Below, piece after piece: positions 1 to 9,025 of a stretch of DNA of 20,235 nt. This DNA is from Promethearchaeota archaeon (GTDB lineage: Archaea; Asgardarchaeota; Lokiarchaeia; Sigyniarchaeales; SOKP01), in the NCBI GenBank assembly GCA_048940645.1, contig JBHLOI010000061.1, positions 1 through 20,235 of the forward strand. Direction: 5' to 3'. A model generated the notes under the pieces. That model did no database searches. It worked only from the letters and a program-made list of their open reading frames with translations, and was not told where the DNA came from. The stretch's first letter is position 1. Every line of letters starts with the position of its first letter. The position numbers and the translations under genes are program-made.

Positions 1-18
1 TAACTATTTTAGATCTTC

Positions 19-684
19 ATGATTGAAAGAGGAAAAATTATTTTAAGTTTTGATTTGGATAATACTCTTATTAATAATAAGGAGGGTATAACTAATTCTT
101 TTAATTATGCTTTAAGAAAATTTAATTTTTCAGAAATAGAACGAGTAAAAATAGAAAAAATGATTGGAATACCATTAAATCAAATGTTTTCAAAGGTAGC
201 AGACTTAGATCCTTCAATATTATCATCTGCTTTTAGAGAATATTATGGTTCTAAAGGGATTTATCAATCACATCTACTACCAGGTGTAAAGAAGAAATTA
301 AAAGAGCTTAAGAAACATAATTTTATTATGGGCGTAATTACTTCTAAAAAACAGGAAATGGCAGAGAGAATTCTCGAAATATTAAAGATTAAGAAATATT
401 TTAACTATGTTTTAGGAGAGACTGAAGAAAGGAAGGAACTAGGTAAACTTGATCCAAAATTGAAAACAATTTTGCAAGAAAAATACCCAGGATGTAATAT
501 TATTGTTATAGGAGATCATCCTAAGGATGTTTTATTGTCTAATAACCTTAACTGTCCATTTATTGGTGTATTGACTGGACATCATTCAATTAATCAATTA
601 ATGGACCTAAAGGAGGGAAAGAGGCTAGTTATAAATTCTATACGAGATATAACTCTGAAACAGATTTATTCACTTTTAGAATAA
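19..684 (+). CDS. HAD-superfamily hydrolase (phosphoglycolate phosphatase-like)
   Basis: Motif I FDLDNTL, motif II ITSK, motif IV IGDHPKD; 221 aa. Substrate cannot be assigned. Confidence 0.88.
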   Translation: MIERGKIILSFDLDNTLINNKEGITNSFNYALRKFNFSEIERVKIEKMIGIPLNQMFSKVADLDPSILSSAFREYYGSKGIYQSHLLPGVKKKLKELKKHNFIMGVITSKKQEMAERILEILKIKKYFNYVLGETEERKELGKLDPKLKTILQEKYPGCNIIVIGDHPKDVLLSNNLNCPFIGVLTGHHSINQLMDLKEGKRLVINSIRDITLKQIYSLLE

Positions 685-722
685 TAAAATATTTAAAAAT
701 TTAAAAAAAGGAAAAAGAATTT

Positions 723-2180
723 TTATTCTTTTGACCAGGATTCATATTCTTTCATGAATTCTTCTGGTTTCCATTGGGTCTCCATAAATTTTGGTATACC
801 GCTCGAATCTCTTGGACCCACAACAACAAAAGCGTCTGCTTCGTCCTCTAAAGCTCCACTTAACCTTGCAGCCATACCAGGAAGTACTAATATTCTATGT
901 TTTACATTATCAAAGGCTTTAAACTCCTTTACAGCTTCTGCTATACCACCAGCGTTAAATTGACCTCCTGCTACAGCACTCTCAATGCCAATACCTTCTG
1001 TATCAGCTACTAGCAACCAACAATTGAGATTTGCGCCTTGTAAATCTTGTTCAACGGGAATTTTCGTCATCCGATAGTTACTTGTGACAAAAATAGGCGC
1101 CATATCATCGGGTTCTCCAATTTTATATAATCCCGGATCTACAGCAGGATACACACGAGGATCGCTGAATACAGATTGTCTTAAAGTCATCAGAGCTAAT
1201 AAAGCCCAGATATCCTCCTTTTTCTGGCCTGTATGTAGTACAATTAAAGATGTATCGATTGATTCCATGATTGCACCCATAATTACTTCTTGATATTGAT
1301 GTAACCAAAGGTCTTTATCACTTTCTATTTTAACTTGACTCCAATATGCAGCAGGTACTCCCATTACTGGCCATCCTGCATTAACATCTTCATTATCTAT
1401 CGCTGCCTTTCTAATTTGCATTATTTTATCATATGTATAAGCCAATTTACCTGGGCCGTAAAAAGTACCAGGATCTAAAACTATTTCCTTAACACCTAAT
1501 TTTTTCAACGTAGCACTAATTGATATTAATTCATCCAAATTGCTTGAGAGCGCTACTACAGGTAAACCATTTTGTGCTGCAAAAGTCCCAACTTTTTCCC
1601 AAGAATCTTTGGTAATAGCATATAATAAAGGCTTTTTATCTTTAATTTCTCCAGCTGCCTCTAATAACAGATCCGGATTTAAGCAGCATAACATAATCGG
1701 TAGGTTTGAAACTTCTGTTAACTTTTTAGCAGCCAATTTGAATTGTTCAGCATCCCCAGATACACATCTTAATGCAAAACCATCAAGAGTTAAAACATCG
1801 CCAATTCTTTCTATCTTTAAATCTGTTAAATATTTAGCTGTGTCTTCTATATCAGGATCGTCATCAGCTATTTCTAAGAAGAGAGCGGTGGGATTATAAT
1901 ATGTGAGTTGATGACGCATTAATACTTCTTCACCTCCTATCTCACATGCTCTCTCTCCTGTACCAATTATAACCGGTTTTTGAGGAGGAGTTACTACTTT
2001 TATCAATTTATCAAGATTTTTTGCTTGTTTAGGATCCTGCATTAAATGAGTACAATCTTTTACCTTAATTTTTCTTTCGAGTAAATCTGTAGCAAAAGCC
2101 ATACAAGTATCGTATCCACAATCTTTACAGTTTGATTTATCAAGAAGGGCATAAATTTCTAATGGGCTTGGTCTTGCCAT
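723..2180 (-). CDS. cdhE: Acetyl-CoA decarbonylase/synthase gamma subunit (corrinoid Fe-S protein large subunit, CdhE/AcsC)
   Basis: N-terminal 4Fe-4S motif NCKDCGYDTCMAFA...C; GGEEVLMRH; C-terminal PIFVTSNY, DTEGIG, ILVLPGMAARLSG, VVGPRDSSGIP. Confidence 0.95.
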   Translation of the reverse strand: MARPSPLEIYALLDKSNCKDCGYDTCMAFATDLLERKIKVKDCTHLMQDPKQAKNLDKLIKVVTPPQKPVIIGTGERACEIGGEEVLMRHQLTYYNPTALFLEIADDDPDIEDTAKYLTDLKIERIGDVLTLDGFALRCVSGDAEQFKLAAKKLTEVSNLPIMLCCLNPDLLLEAAGEIKDKKPLLYAITKDSWEKVGTFAAQNGLPVVALSSNLDELISISATLKKLGVKEIVLDPGTFYGPGKLAYTYDKIMQIRKAAIDNEDVNAGWPVMGVPAAYWSQVKIESDKDLWLHQYQEVIMGAIMESIDTSLIVLHTGQKKEDIWALLALMTLRQSVFSDPRVYPAVDPGLYKIGEPDDMAPIFVTSNYRMTKIPVEQDLQGANLNCWLLVADTEGIGIESAVAGGQFNAGGIAEAVKEFKAFDNVKHRILVLPGMAARLSGALEDEADAFVVVGPRDSSGIPKFMETQWKPEEFMKEYESWSKE

Positions 2181-2322
2181 TCTTTTACTTCACTATTTTT
2201 AATTTTTGTTTTATGAATTATAATGTGTACTCTAATTGTATTTTACATTAAAAATTTGGTTTTTTACATGTATCTGAATTCTATCAAAAAGAATTTAACC
2301 ACTCGATTTTTTCTCTAGTTAA

Positions 2323-3765
2323 ATGGTATCAACAGAATACAACTTTGAAAAATTTAACACATTATTTTACCCAAAGCACATAGCCTTTATTGGAGCCTCT
2401 GAAAATTCCAAATTTGGTTCAATGTTGTATTTAAGTGTTTTTAAAGAATCAAAATGGACGACAACCTTTTACCCTGTTAATCCAAAGTACGATAAAATTC
2501 TAGATTGGAAATGTTATGCTTCAATATTAGATATACCTTATCCCATTGATACCGTATATATTTCTGTAAAAACAAAAATCATTCCTAAAGTTTTAAAAGA
2601 ATGTGTTGAGAAAAAAGTTCCATGGGTAATTATCTTTTCATCAGGGTTTTCAGAAACAGGTGATTTTGAAGGTTTACAATTAGAGCAAGAAATAAAAGAT
2701 ATTATTAATGGATCCGAAACCCGGATTATTGGTCCTAATTGCTTAGGACCTTATAATGCAGATACAGGAATGGCATTCTCATTTAGTACTCCCTTTGTAG
2801 TTCCTGGATCTATATCATTTATGTCTCAATCAGGAGGGCATTTAAATCAATTAATTGAAGCTAGCTCTAAAAGAGATATGAGACTCAGATATGGAGTTTC
2901 ATTCGGTAATCAAATAGATTTGAATTGTGTTGATTTTATTAGACATTATAGTTCGGATATTAAAACTAAAGTCATAGCTGCATATTTAGAATCTTTTGGT
3001 TCAGCTAACGGTTATGGTTTTTTTGAAGAATTAAAAAAAACTACAAAAAAAAAACCTGTAATTATATGGAAAGGAGGATATACTACAGAGGGTTCTCGGG
3101 CAACATTTTCTCATACAGGTGCGATTGCAACTGATTTGAGATTTTGGAATGCAATGGCTAAACAGACAGGTGCTACTTTAGTTAAAGATAATGAACAATT
3201 TTGGAATGCAATAAAAACTTTTGAATTATTATATCCCAAAACCATTCCTAATGGGAGAAATATTGGTATAATTACTCCTGGTGGGGGCAATTCAGTAAAT
3301 TCCACAGATTTATTTTCATCCCATAATTTAAGAGTGCCTGAATTAACTCAAAGTTCGCAAGAAAAACTTAGTAATATTCTCCCATATGAGAATGTAAACA
3401 TAAAAAATCCAGTAGATTTGGGAGCTCTTGGATTTGTAGTGGAAGTATTTATAGAATGTATTGATATAGTTAAAACAGATCCTAATATTGATATTTTAAT
3501 AATACCTTTATGGCAACATTTTATCTATAATCATGTGTTTAAAAGATTAGTGAAGGTAAAAAAATCGACAAATAAGCCTTTTGCAATATGTTTACCAAGC
3601 ATAGCAGATTCCCTTGAATTGTCGCAAAGATTTTCATCCACTAAAAAAGTATTACATAAGGAGCGAATTCTTTATTACTTCTCTTTAAGAGACGCTGCCT
3701 ATAGTTTATCTTTATATTGTAACTATATAGACTATTTAAAATTTCATAATTTTGAAATTGGTTAG
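2323..3765 (+). CDS. NDP-forming acyl-CoA synthetase alpha subunit (CoA-binding plus ligase domains)
   Basis: IAFIGAS, YPVNPK, SSGFSETG, IIGPNCLG, SQSGG, phospho-His motif SHTGAIA, NPVDL. No ATP-grasp beta domain in the window. Confidence 0.9.
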   Translation: MVSTEYNFEKFNTLFYPKHIAFIGASENSKFGSMLYLSVFKESKWTTTFYPVNPKYDKILDWKCYASILDIPYPIDTVYISVKTKIIPKVLKECVEKKVPWVIIFSSGFSETGDFEGLQLEQEIKDIINGSETRIIGPNCLGPYNADTGMAFSFSTPFVVPGSISFMSQSGGHLNQLIEASSKRDMRLRYGVSFGNQIDLNCVDFIRHYSSDIKTKVIAAYLESFGSANGYGFFEELKKTTKKKPVIIWKGGYTTEGSRATFSHTGAIATDLRFWNAMAKQTGATLVKDNEQFWNAIKTFELLYPKTIPNGRNIGIITPGGGNSVNSTDLFSSHNLRVPELTQSSQEKLSNILPYENVNIKNPVDLGALGFVVEVFIECIDIVKTDPNIDILIIPLWQHFIYNHVFKRLVKVKKSTNKPFAICLPSIADSLELSQRFSSTKKVLHKERILYYFSLRDAAYSLSLYCNYIDYLKFHNFEIG

Positions 3766-3769
3766 GTAT

Positions 3770-4054
3770 TTAAACCTTTTTTACAACTTTTTTTAAATAT
3801 TGGATCATTAAGTTCCTTTCAGCTTTACAATAATCTAATCTTTGATTATTTGATAATTTTGGATTAGTCTTTAATAAAAAGTGAATCTCAATTATTCTAT
3901 AAAGAATATTCTCCAGACTATTTATATTTCCTTTTGTGTCAAGAACCAAAGGATTACTTATCGGATTTTCTTCCTTATAAATAAAATCTAAACTTAAGTC
4001 AAATTCATTACTCACTTTAAATTGGTAAGTATTGAGAATTTTCCCTGAGCTCAT
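3770..4054 (-). CDS. Hypothetical protein (94 aa)
   Basis: ATG start with AAGTGA upstream; fills the gap and converges on the upstream gene with a 4-nt spacer; no recognised motif. Confidence 0.6.
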   Translation of the reverse strand: MSSGKILNTYQFKVSNEFDLSLDFIYKEENPISNPLVLDTKGNINSLENILYRIIEIHFLLKTNPKLSNNQRLDYCKAERNLMIQYLKKVVKKV

Positions 4055-4332
4055 ATCTTTTTATCACTTATCATTTAAATATTGCCTTAAGTAGACTTAT
4101 ATTATGTATAAAATGATTTCGGAAATTCTGTCGGACAAATTATCAATTAAACTTCTCAAAATCATTACATTTCAAAGTAAATTCGTCGAATTTTACATAT
4201 ACTATTGTTAATCTTATATTAATTTCACAACGTAATATGTATTAACCAGTTAATATTTGATTTTCCCTCAATATAGATCCTACTAAAAACTTTTCAGACT
4301 TTTAGAAAAAGAAGAAATAATTAAAATTAGAT

Positions 4333-4851
4333 TTAATAATATTCTGTTTTTGTAAATAATAATGCAAAAGCGCCATAAAATACTCCATTTACAGCTCCGC
4401 TCATTATAGATATAATAAAAGTCGATGTTGGGTCTAAAACGGGGATACCATAATAGGTTAATACTAATGGTTCTATAAAGGCAAATATTCCAAGGATTAT
4501 TGAACAGAGCATACTTGCGGCGAACCAACCTCCAAAACTACCAATTTTGTTCTCTCCCATTTTACCAGCAATAATCGATGCTACAAAAGGAGAAACCACA
4601 GATCCAATAGCAAGGATTAATATGTCTGGTGTTGCTCCCAATGCAATTGATGAATAAATACCCAATACATTTAATCCTGGGAAAAAATATATTGGTCCTA
4701 AAAATAGTACAAAAAGTATTAGTGGTTGACTTGATATATCTTGAAAAAGTAAATTTAGAGCTCCACTTATAGTAAATGCGATTATTAAAAATAGAAAATT
4801 TAAACCTATATATGCGAGTAAACTAAATCCAAATGCTTTACCAAAACCCAT
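4333..4851 (-). CDS. Hypothetical multi-pass membrane protein (~172 aa)
   Basis: About 5 Gly-rich hydrophobic segments. The ATG at 4851 (MGFGKAFG) is preferred over 4902, whose extension is AT-rich and promoter-like. Confidence 0.8.
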   Translation of the reverse strand: MGFGKAFGFSLLAYIGLNFLFLIIAFTISGALNLLFQDISSQPLILFVLFLGPIYFFPGLNVLGIYSSIALGATPDILILAIGSVVSPFVASIIAGKMGENKIGSFGGWFAASMLCSIILGIFAFIEPLVLTYYGIPVLDPTSTFIISIMSGAVNGVFYGAFALLFTKTEYY

Positions 4852-5046
4852 TTTTGTCAGTCTCTTTATAAGCTTTATAAATGAATTTATGTATAAATAC
4901 AACTTTAAAAGTATTTAAATTTATTTAAGACCAAATATTGTTTTTATTTAATTCTAAACATTGTATCTATCTGTTTGATTAGAATAATAATTTAAACCTG
5001 TTCAATAAAAAAGCTCTACTTCCCTTCTTATAAGAGTTGTAAATAA

Positions 5047-6087
5047 ATGGAAAAAACTAATAGATTTTTTAGCATTGGAAAAATAAAACATAAATTCTTG
5101 AGTAGTATCCTTAAAGATTTCGTTTCAGATTTGGAATATAAAGATAAAAGGATAATTTTAGGCTCAAAAATTGGTGAAGATGCAGCCGTTATTGATATTG
5201 GAGATAAATATCTAGTTGCTAAAACTGATCCTATTACTTTTGCCACAGACGAGATAGGTTATTATTCTGTAATTGTTAATGTTAATGATGTAGTATGTAC
5301 TGGAGCTACCCCAAAATGGTTTCAATCAACTATTTTGTTACCAGAAAAAACAACTAGCGAAGAATTATTAGAAGGAATCTTCAAAAGTATTCATGATACG
5401 TGTGATTCATTGGATATATCAGTGATAGGTGGCCATACAGAGGTGACCGTTGGAATTGATAGGCCAATTGTAATAGGATCCTTGTTGGGAGAGGTCGAAA
5501 AAGAAAAACTAGTAAAATCTTCTGGAGTATTGCCAAATGATGCGCTAATTTTAACAAAAGGCATTTTTATTGAAGGAACTTCCATTATTGGTAGAGAAAA
5601 AGAAAATCTCCTATTAAAGAAGGGATATAATAAAAATTTCATAGATAAATGCAAAAATTACTTATTTAATCCTGGTATTAGTATTTTTAATGAGGCCCTT
5701 TTAGCTAATAAAAACTTTAAAATAAATGCAATGCATGATCCTACAGAAGGAGGACTTTCTACTGGTATTGCTGAAATGACTATTGCATCAAAGAAAGGAG
5801 TTTTGATTGAAAAAGAAAAAATATTAATTTTACCAGAGCCATTGGAGTTAAGCAAAGTATTTAATTTAAACCCAATGGGTACTATATCTTCTGGATCACT
5901 ACTAATTTCAATTATTAATGAACATGCATTGGATTTAGTCGAATTTTTAAAAAGAAAAAAAGTAACGGCAGAAATTATTGGCAAATTCACCGCTGAAAAT
6001 CAAAAAAACCTAATCATAGATAAACAAGGGATTAAAAAACCCTTTACTTATTCTGAGATTGATGAAATAACAAAAATTTTTAATTAA
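5047..6087 (+). CDS. AIR synthase (PurM-like) family protein, HypE/ThiL-related, function unassigned
   Basis: GEDAAVID, TDPIT, NDV..TGATP, GGHTEVT, AMHDPTEGGL. Lacks the HypE C-terminal PR(I/V)C and the SelD N-terminal Cys/Sec motif. Confidence 0.85.
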   Translation: MEKTNRFFSIGKIKHKFLSSILKDFVSDLEYKDKRIILGSKIGEDAAVIDIGDKYLVAKTDPITFATDEIGYYSVIVNVNDVVCTGATPKWFQSTILLPEKTTSEELLEGIFKSIHDTCDSLDISVIGGHTEVTVGIDRPIVIGSLLGEVEKEKLVKSSGVLPNDALILTKGIFIEGTSIIGREKENLLLKKGYNKNFIDKCKNYLFNPGISIFNEALLANKNFKINAMHDPTEGGLSTGIAEMTIASKKGVLIEKEKILILPEPLELSKVFNLNPMGTISSGSLLISIINEHALDLVEFLKRKKVTAEIIGKFTAENQKNLIIDKQGIKKPFTYSEIDEITKIFN

Positions 6088-6365
6088 AAACAAGTACTTG
6101 TTTTAAACTTTAATAAGCTATCTATTCCTATGAAATAATAATTAGAATAATTAATTATTCACTCCTTCTCTAATTAACAAATAAACTTTAATATAAATCG
6201 CCTGAAAAGCACATCTAAATAAAAATTTCGTGAAACATGTAACATTTCAAATTATGAAGTTAACATTTTTATTTCCTAATTTTCATTGTATTTATATACC
6301 TTTGGTATATTATTAAGGGTTATTAGATAATAGCGTTATTATTTCAAGTTTGAATTGGGGTAAAT

Positions 6366-8303
6366 TTGGAAAATATAGAATTAAGTAATATTTTAGAATT
6401 AATTAGGAAAAATTTTAAGGAAGATCGATTTACTCTTAAACTCACTTCAAACGTTTTTTTTGACATTTTAAACCAAAATGAAGACAAATTTAATAAATTT
6501 AAACAAGAAATTAAATCTGAATGGGAACAGTTTAGAATAAAGAATCAGAGAAGAATTATTGCCAAAACATATAGTACATTTTTTTATCAAAAGTTTCATG
6601 AGTATTTTAAATATTTTTTACAAAATTTTTGTGGTTTTAATATTGATTCTTTAGATTTAGTAATTAAAGAAAAAATATCAGAAGATACTGTATTTCTGGA
6701 ATATAATTATTCCTTGTCAAATGAAGAACTAGAATACTTTAATGAATTCAAGAGAAAAATTAATAACCACATCAATGGTATAACCTCACCTTTCGGATAC
6801 ATTTATTTAATTGTTTCAATACTAGGAGTTGTTTTGAGAAAACTACTCCAAGAAAAGTTTCATATAATCCTGGATGGGGCTGTGATAAAAAATGGTGAAG
6901 TTAATAATACTATCAACTTTTTAATTGTGATTAAGAATAGTCATGATGAAATGTTCAAAAGTTATTACTATATGTTTCTTTATTACTTTCTAAAACATCT
7001 TAAAGGAATACCAGATGAATATTATGAGAGATTATTACAAGGAAGAGAAAGGTTATATCAAATTGCTTTGGAAGAATACCCATTTGCCAAAGAAAGATTG
7101 GTAGATTTATTATATTATTTTTATAAAAAATGTAATTTATTACAAAATTTTTCTCCATTATTAGATTTCTTAAATTTCGTTTGTGCGCGAGTTGAAGATT
7201 CAGTTTTTTCAAAAATTGATGTTATAAAAAGAGATTTTTTAGCAAATTTTAATTACACAGAAGAAAAGAAGAATGCTCTTATTAAGATATTCGACTTTAT
7301 TGATAAAAAATCTACCCTATATTCCACCTTTCAAGCGAATAATTTACCATCGGTGAGATCGCAATTTAATTTATTTTTACTATATATGAAGTATTATTTT
7401 GGTAGTGGGAGTTTAGAAGCATTTGAAGTTGGTGATTTGTTATTTTTACCCAAAGAATTTAAAACGAAATTAAATCAACGCAATAAAAAATTAAAAAATG
7501 TAATTAATGCATCTGCTATTAAAGACATTGAAGTCTTTCTAGATTACTTCTCAATCATTTCTAATTTTGATAATTTTGATCTACTTTTTGAGAAAATTTT
7601 CGGTAAACAAATTAATCATTTAAATTATGAATTTTTTAAAACCTTCTTAAGGAGTTTAAATTTGAGGATTTTATCATTAATAGATCAAGAAAATAAATTA
7701 ATAACTGAAAATCCTGAAAATATACCTTTTTCATTTACTATTATAATAGATCACGTTTGTCGTATGTTGTATACATTAATTGATAAAATATTCATCAAAA
7801 TTAATCCTAACCAAGCATCTAAAAATTTTATTGACCCTCGAAGTAGATATATTGGTAAAAATATCGCTTTAAGAGTATTAGAATTATTCATTTTCCAGGA
7901 TCTAAATGTTTCAGATGATGTTTGGCCAGATTATATTATTAGTATGAATAGAAATTACTTAATGGAAGATTTAAAGTCATATGAAGTTGAAGTTCAGTCA
8001 CCAAAATTTGATGAAAAATTTTATAATTTTAGGGATATAGCTAGATTTGTAATAACCTACAATTTCATATCCTACAAAGAACAAATTACATTTGAAGAAT
8101 GGTTAATAAATGAGCTTATTTCCCCATTAAATGACTTTATATCTGAAATTAGATTATTAATTAAAAATCCAAAAGACAAAAATGAGATTTATTCTAAATT
8201 GAACAAATACTTTTTAGACCAAATTTCTAATAAGAATAAGGATGTAAAAGAAAATTTCAAATTAATGTGTCAACAACTTACACCCTTTTGGTATAAAACC
8301 TAA
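6366..8303 (+). CDS. Large hypothetical protein (645 aa)
   Basis: Long ORF; TTG start preceded by SD-like GGGGT; aromatic-rich and probably helical; no recognised motif. Confidence 0.85.
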   Translation: MENIELSNILELIRKNFKEDRFTLKLTSNVFFDILNQNEDKFNKFKQEIKSEWEQFRIKNQRRIIAKTYSTFFYQKFHEYFKYFLQNFCGFNIDSLDLVIKEKISEDTVFLEYNYSLSNEELEYFNEFKRKINNHINGITSPFGYIYLIVSILGVVLRKLLQEKFHIILDGAVIKNGEVNNTINFLIVIKNSHDEMFKSYYYMFLYYFLKHLKGIPDEYYERLLQGRERLYQIALEEYPFAKERLVDLLYYFYKKCNLLQNFSPLLDFLNFVCARVEDSVFSKIDVIKRDFLANFNYTEEKKNALIKIFDFIDKKSTLYSTFQANNLPSVRSQFNLFLLYMKYYFGSGSLEAFEVGDLLFLPKEFKTKLNQRNKKLKNVINASAIKDIEVFLDYFSIISNFDNFDLLFEKIFGKQINHLNYEFFKTFLRSLNLRILSLIDQENKLITENPENIPFSFTIIIDHVCRMLYTLIDKIFIKINPNQASKNFIDPRSRYIGKNIALRVLELFIFQDLNVSDDVWPDYIISMNRNYLMEDLKSYEVEVQSPKFDEKFYNFRDIARFVITYNFISYKEQITFEEWLINELISPLNDFISEIRLLIKNPKDKNEIYSKLNKYFLDQISNKNKDVKENFKLMCQQLTPFWYKT

Positions 8304-8327
8304 ATATTCCCTTTACCTTTTACAATA

Positions 8328-8831
8328 CTACATTACTTTAAAAATATTCAGAAATTTGTCAAATTCCTTATGAATATCTATTATTGGAATCCCTATTTCT
8401 TCCTGAAGTTCATTAGGTTTAGTTGTAATTAAACCAGATATCATTTTAACTTGATTTGTTAACTGAGGTTTGATTTCTGGTGAATCATTTATACATAGTA
8501 TTGCTGGAAATGGTAAATTTCTAAATCCTTCAAGGAATAATATATCTGTTTTTAAAGGACCATCTTCAATCCATTCAATTATATTATGAATTTCAATATC
8601 CTTTTTAATGAAGATAACATTTTCATTGAATTTGTTTCTAGATATAGAATATTGAGCACCAGCATCAGTAAATTTATATGAATCTTTTCCCTGTGTATCT
8701 ATTCTGTGCTCATGAATATTTTTAATTACTGAACAGTTATAGTTTAACTGTTGCTTAAATAAAATAATTGCCTTTACTATTAAGAAAGTTTTACCAGTTC
8801 CAGAATAACCAATAACACTTATAATTTTCAT
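8328..8831 (-). CDS. mobB: Molybdopterin-guanine dinucleotide biosynthesis protein B
   Basis: P-loop GYSGTGKT, IKNIHEH.IDTQGKDSYKF..AGA, LFLEGFR. Confidence 0.9.
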   Translation of the reverse strand: MKIISVIGYSGTGKTFLIVKAIILFKQQLNYNCSVIKNIHEHRIDTQGKDSYKFTDAGAQYSISRNKFNENVIFIKKDIEIHNIIEWIEDGPLKTDILFLEGFRNLPFPAILCINDSPEIKPQLTNQVKMISGLITTKPNELQEEIGIPIIDIHKEFDKFLNIFKVM

Positions 8832-9025
8832 TAAAATTCACATAATCATATTAAGTATCAAAAGATAATCCATTCAATTATTTCTCATTTTTTAATTTTC
8901 CAGTTCTAAAAAAATTGAAGCCTCAATAATCATAATAAAACAATATAAACAATTAATCTATAATATAATTGTTAAAATTTTATTTCATGAATTTAGTAAA
9001 AATAATTTGTTGAAAATTTTAAATT

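Noticed and set aside
754-1899. ORFs 754-963, 1084-1293, 1123-1308, 1540-1899
   Set aside because: Antisense or off-frame shadows inside cdhE, with no motifs.
4113-4211. 32-codon plus-strand ORF in the 4055-4332 gap
   Set aside because: Short, no SD, no motif, and it lies over the likely promoter of the minus-strand gene.
5047-6087. Calling the PurM-like gene hypE or selD
   Set aside because: The diagnostic Cys/Sec residues are absent.
3111-7212. ORFs 3111-3305, 4283-4528, 5028-5246, 5391-5654, 5658-5990, 7000-7212
   Set aside because: They overlap better-supported genes and have no independent evidence.
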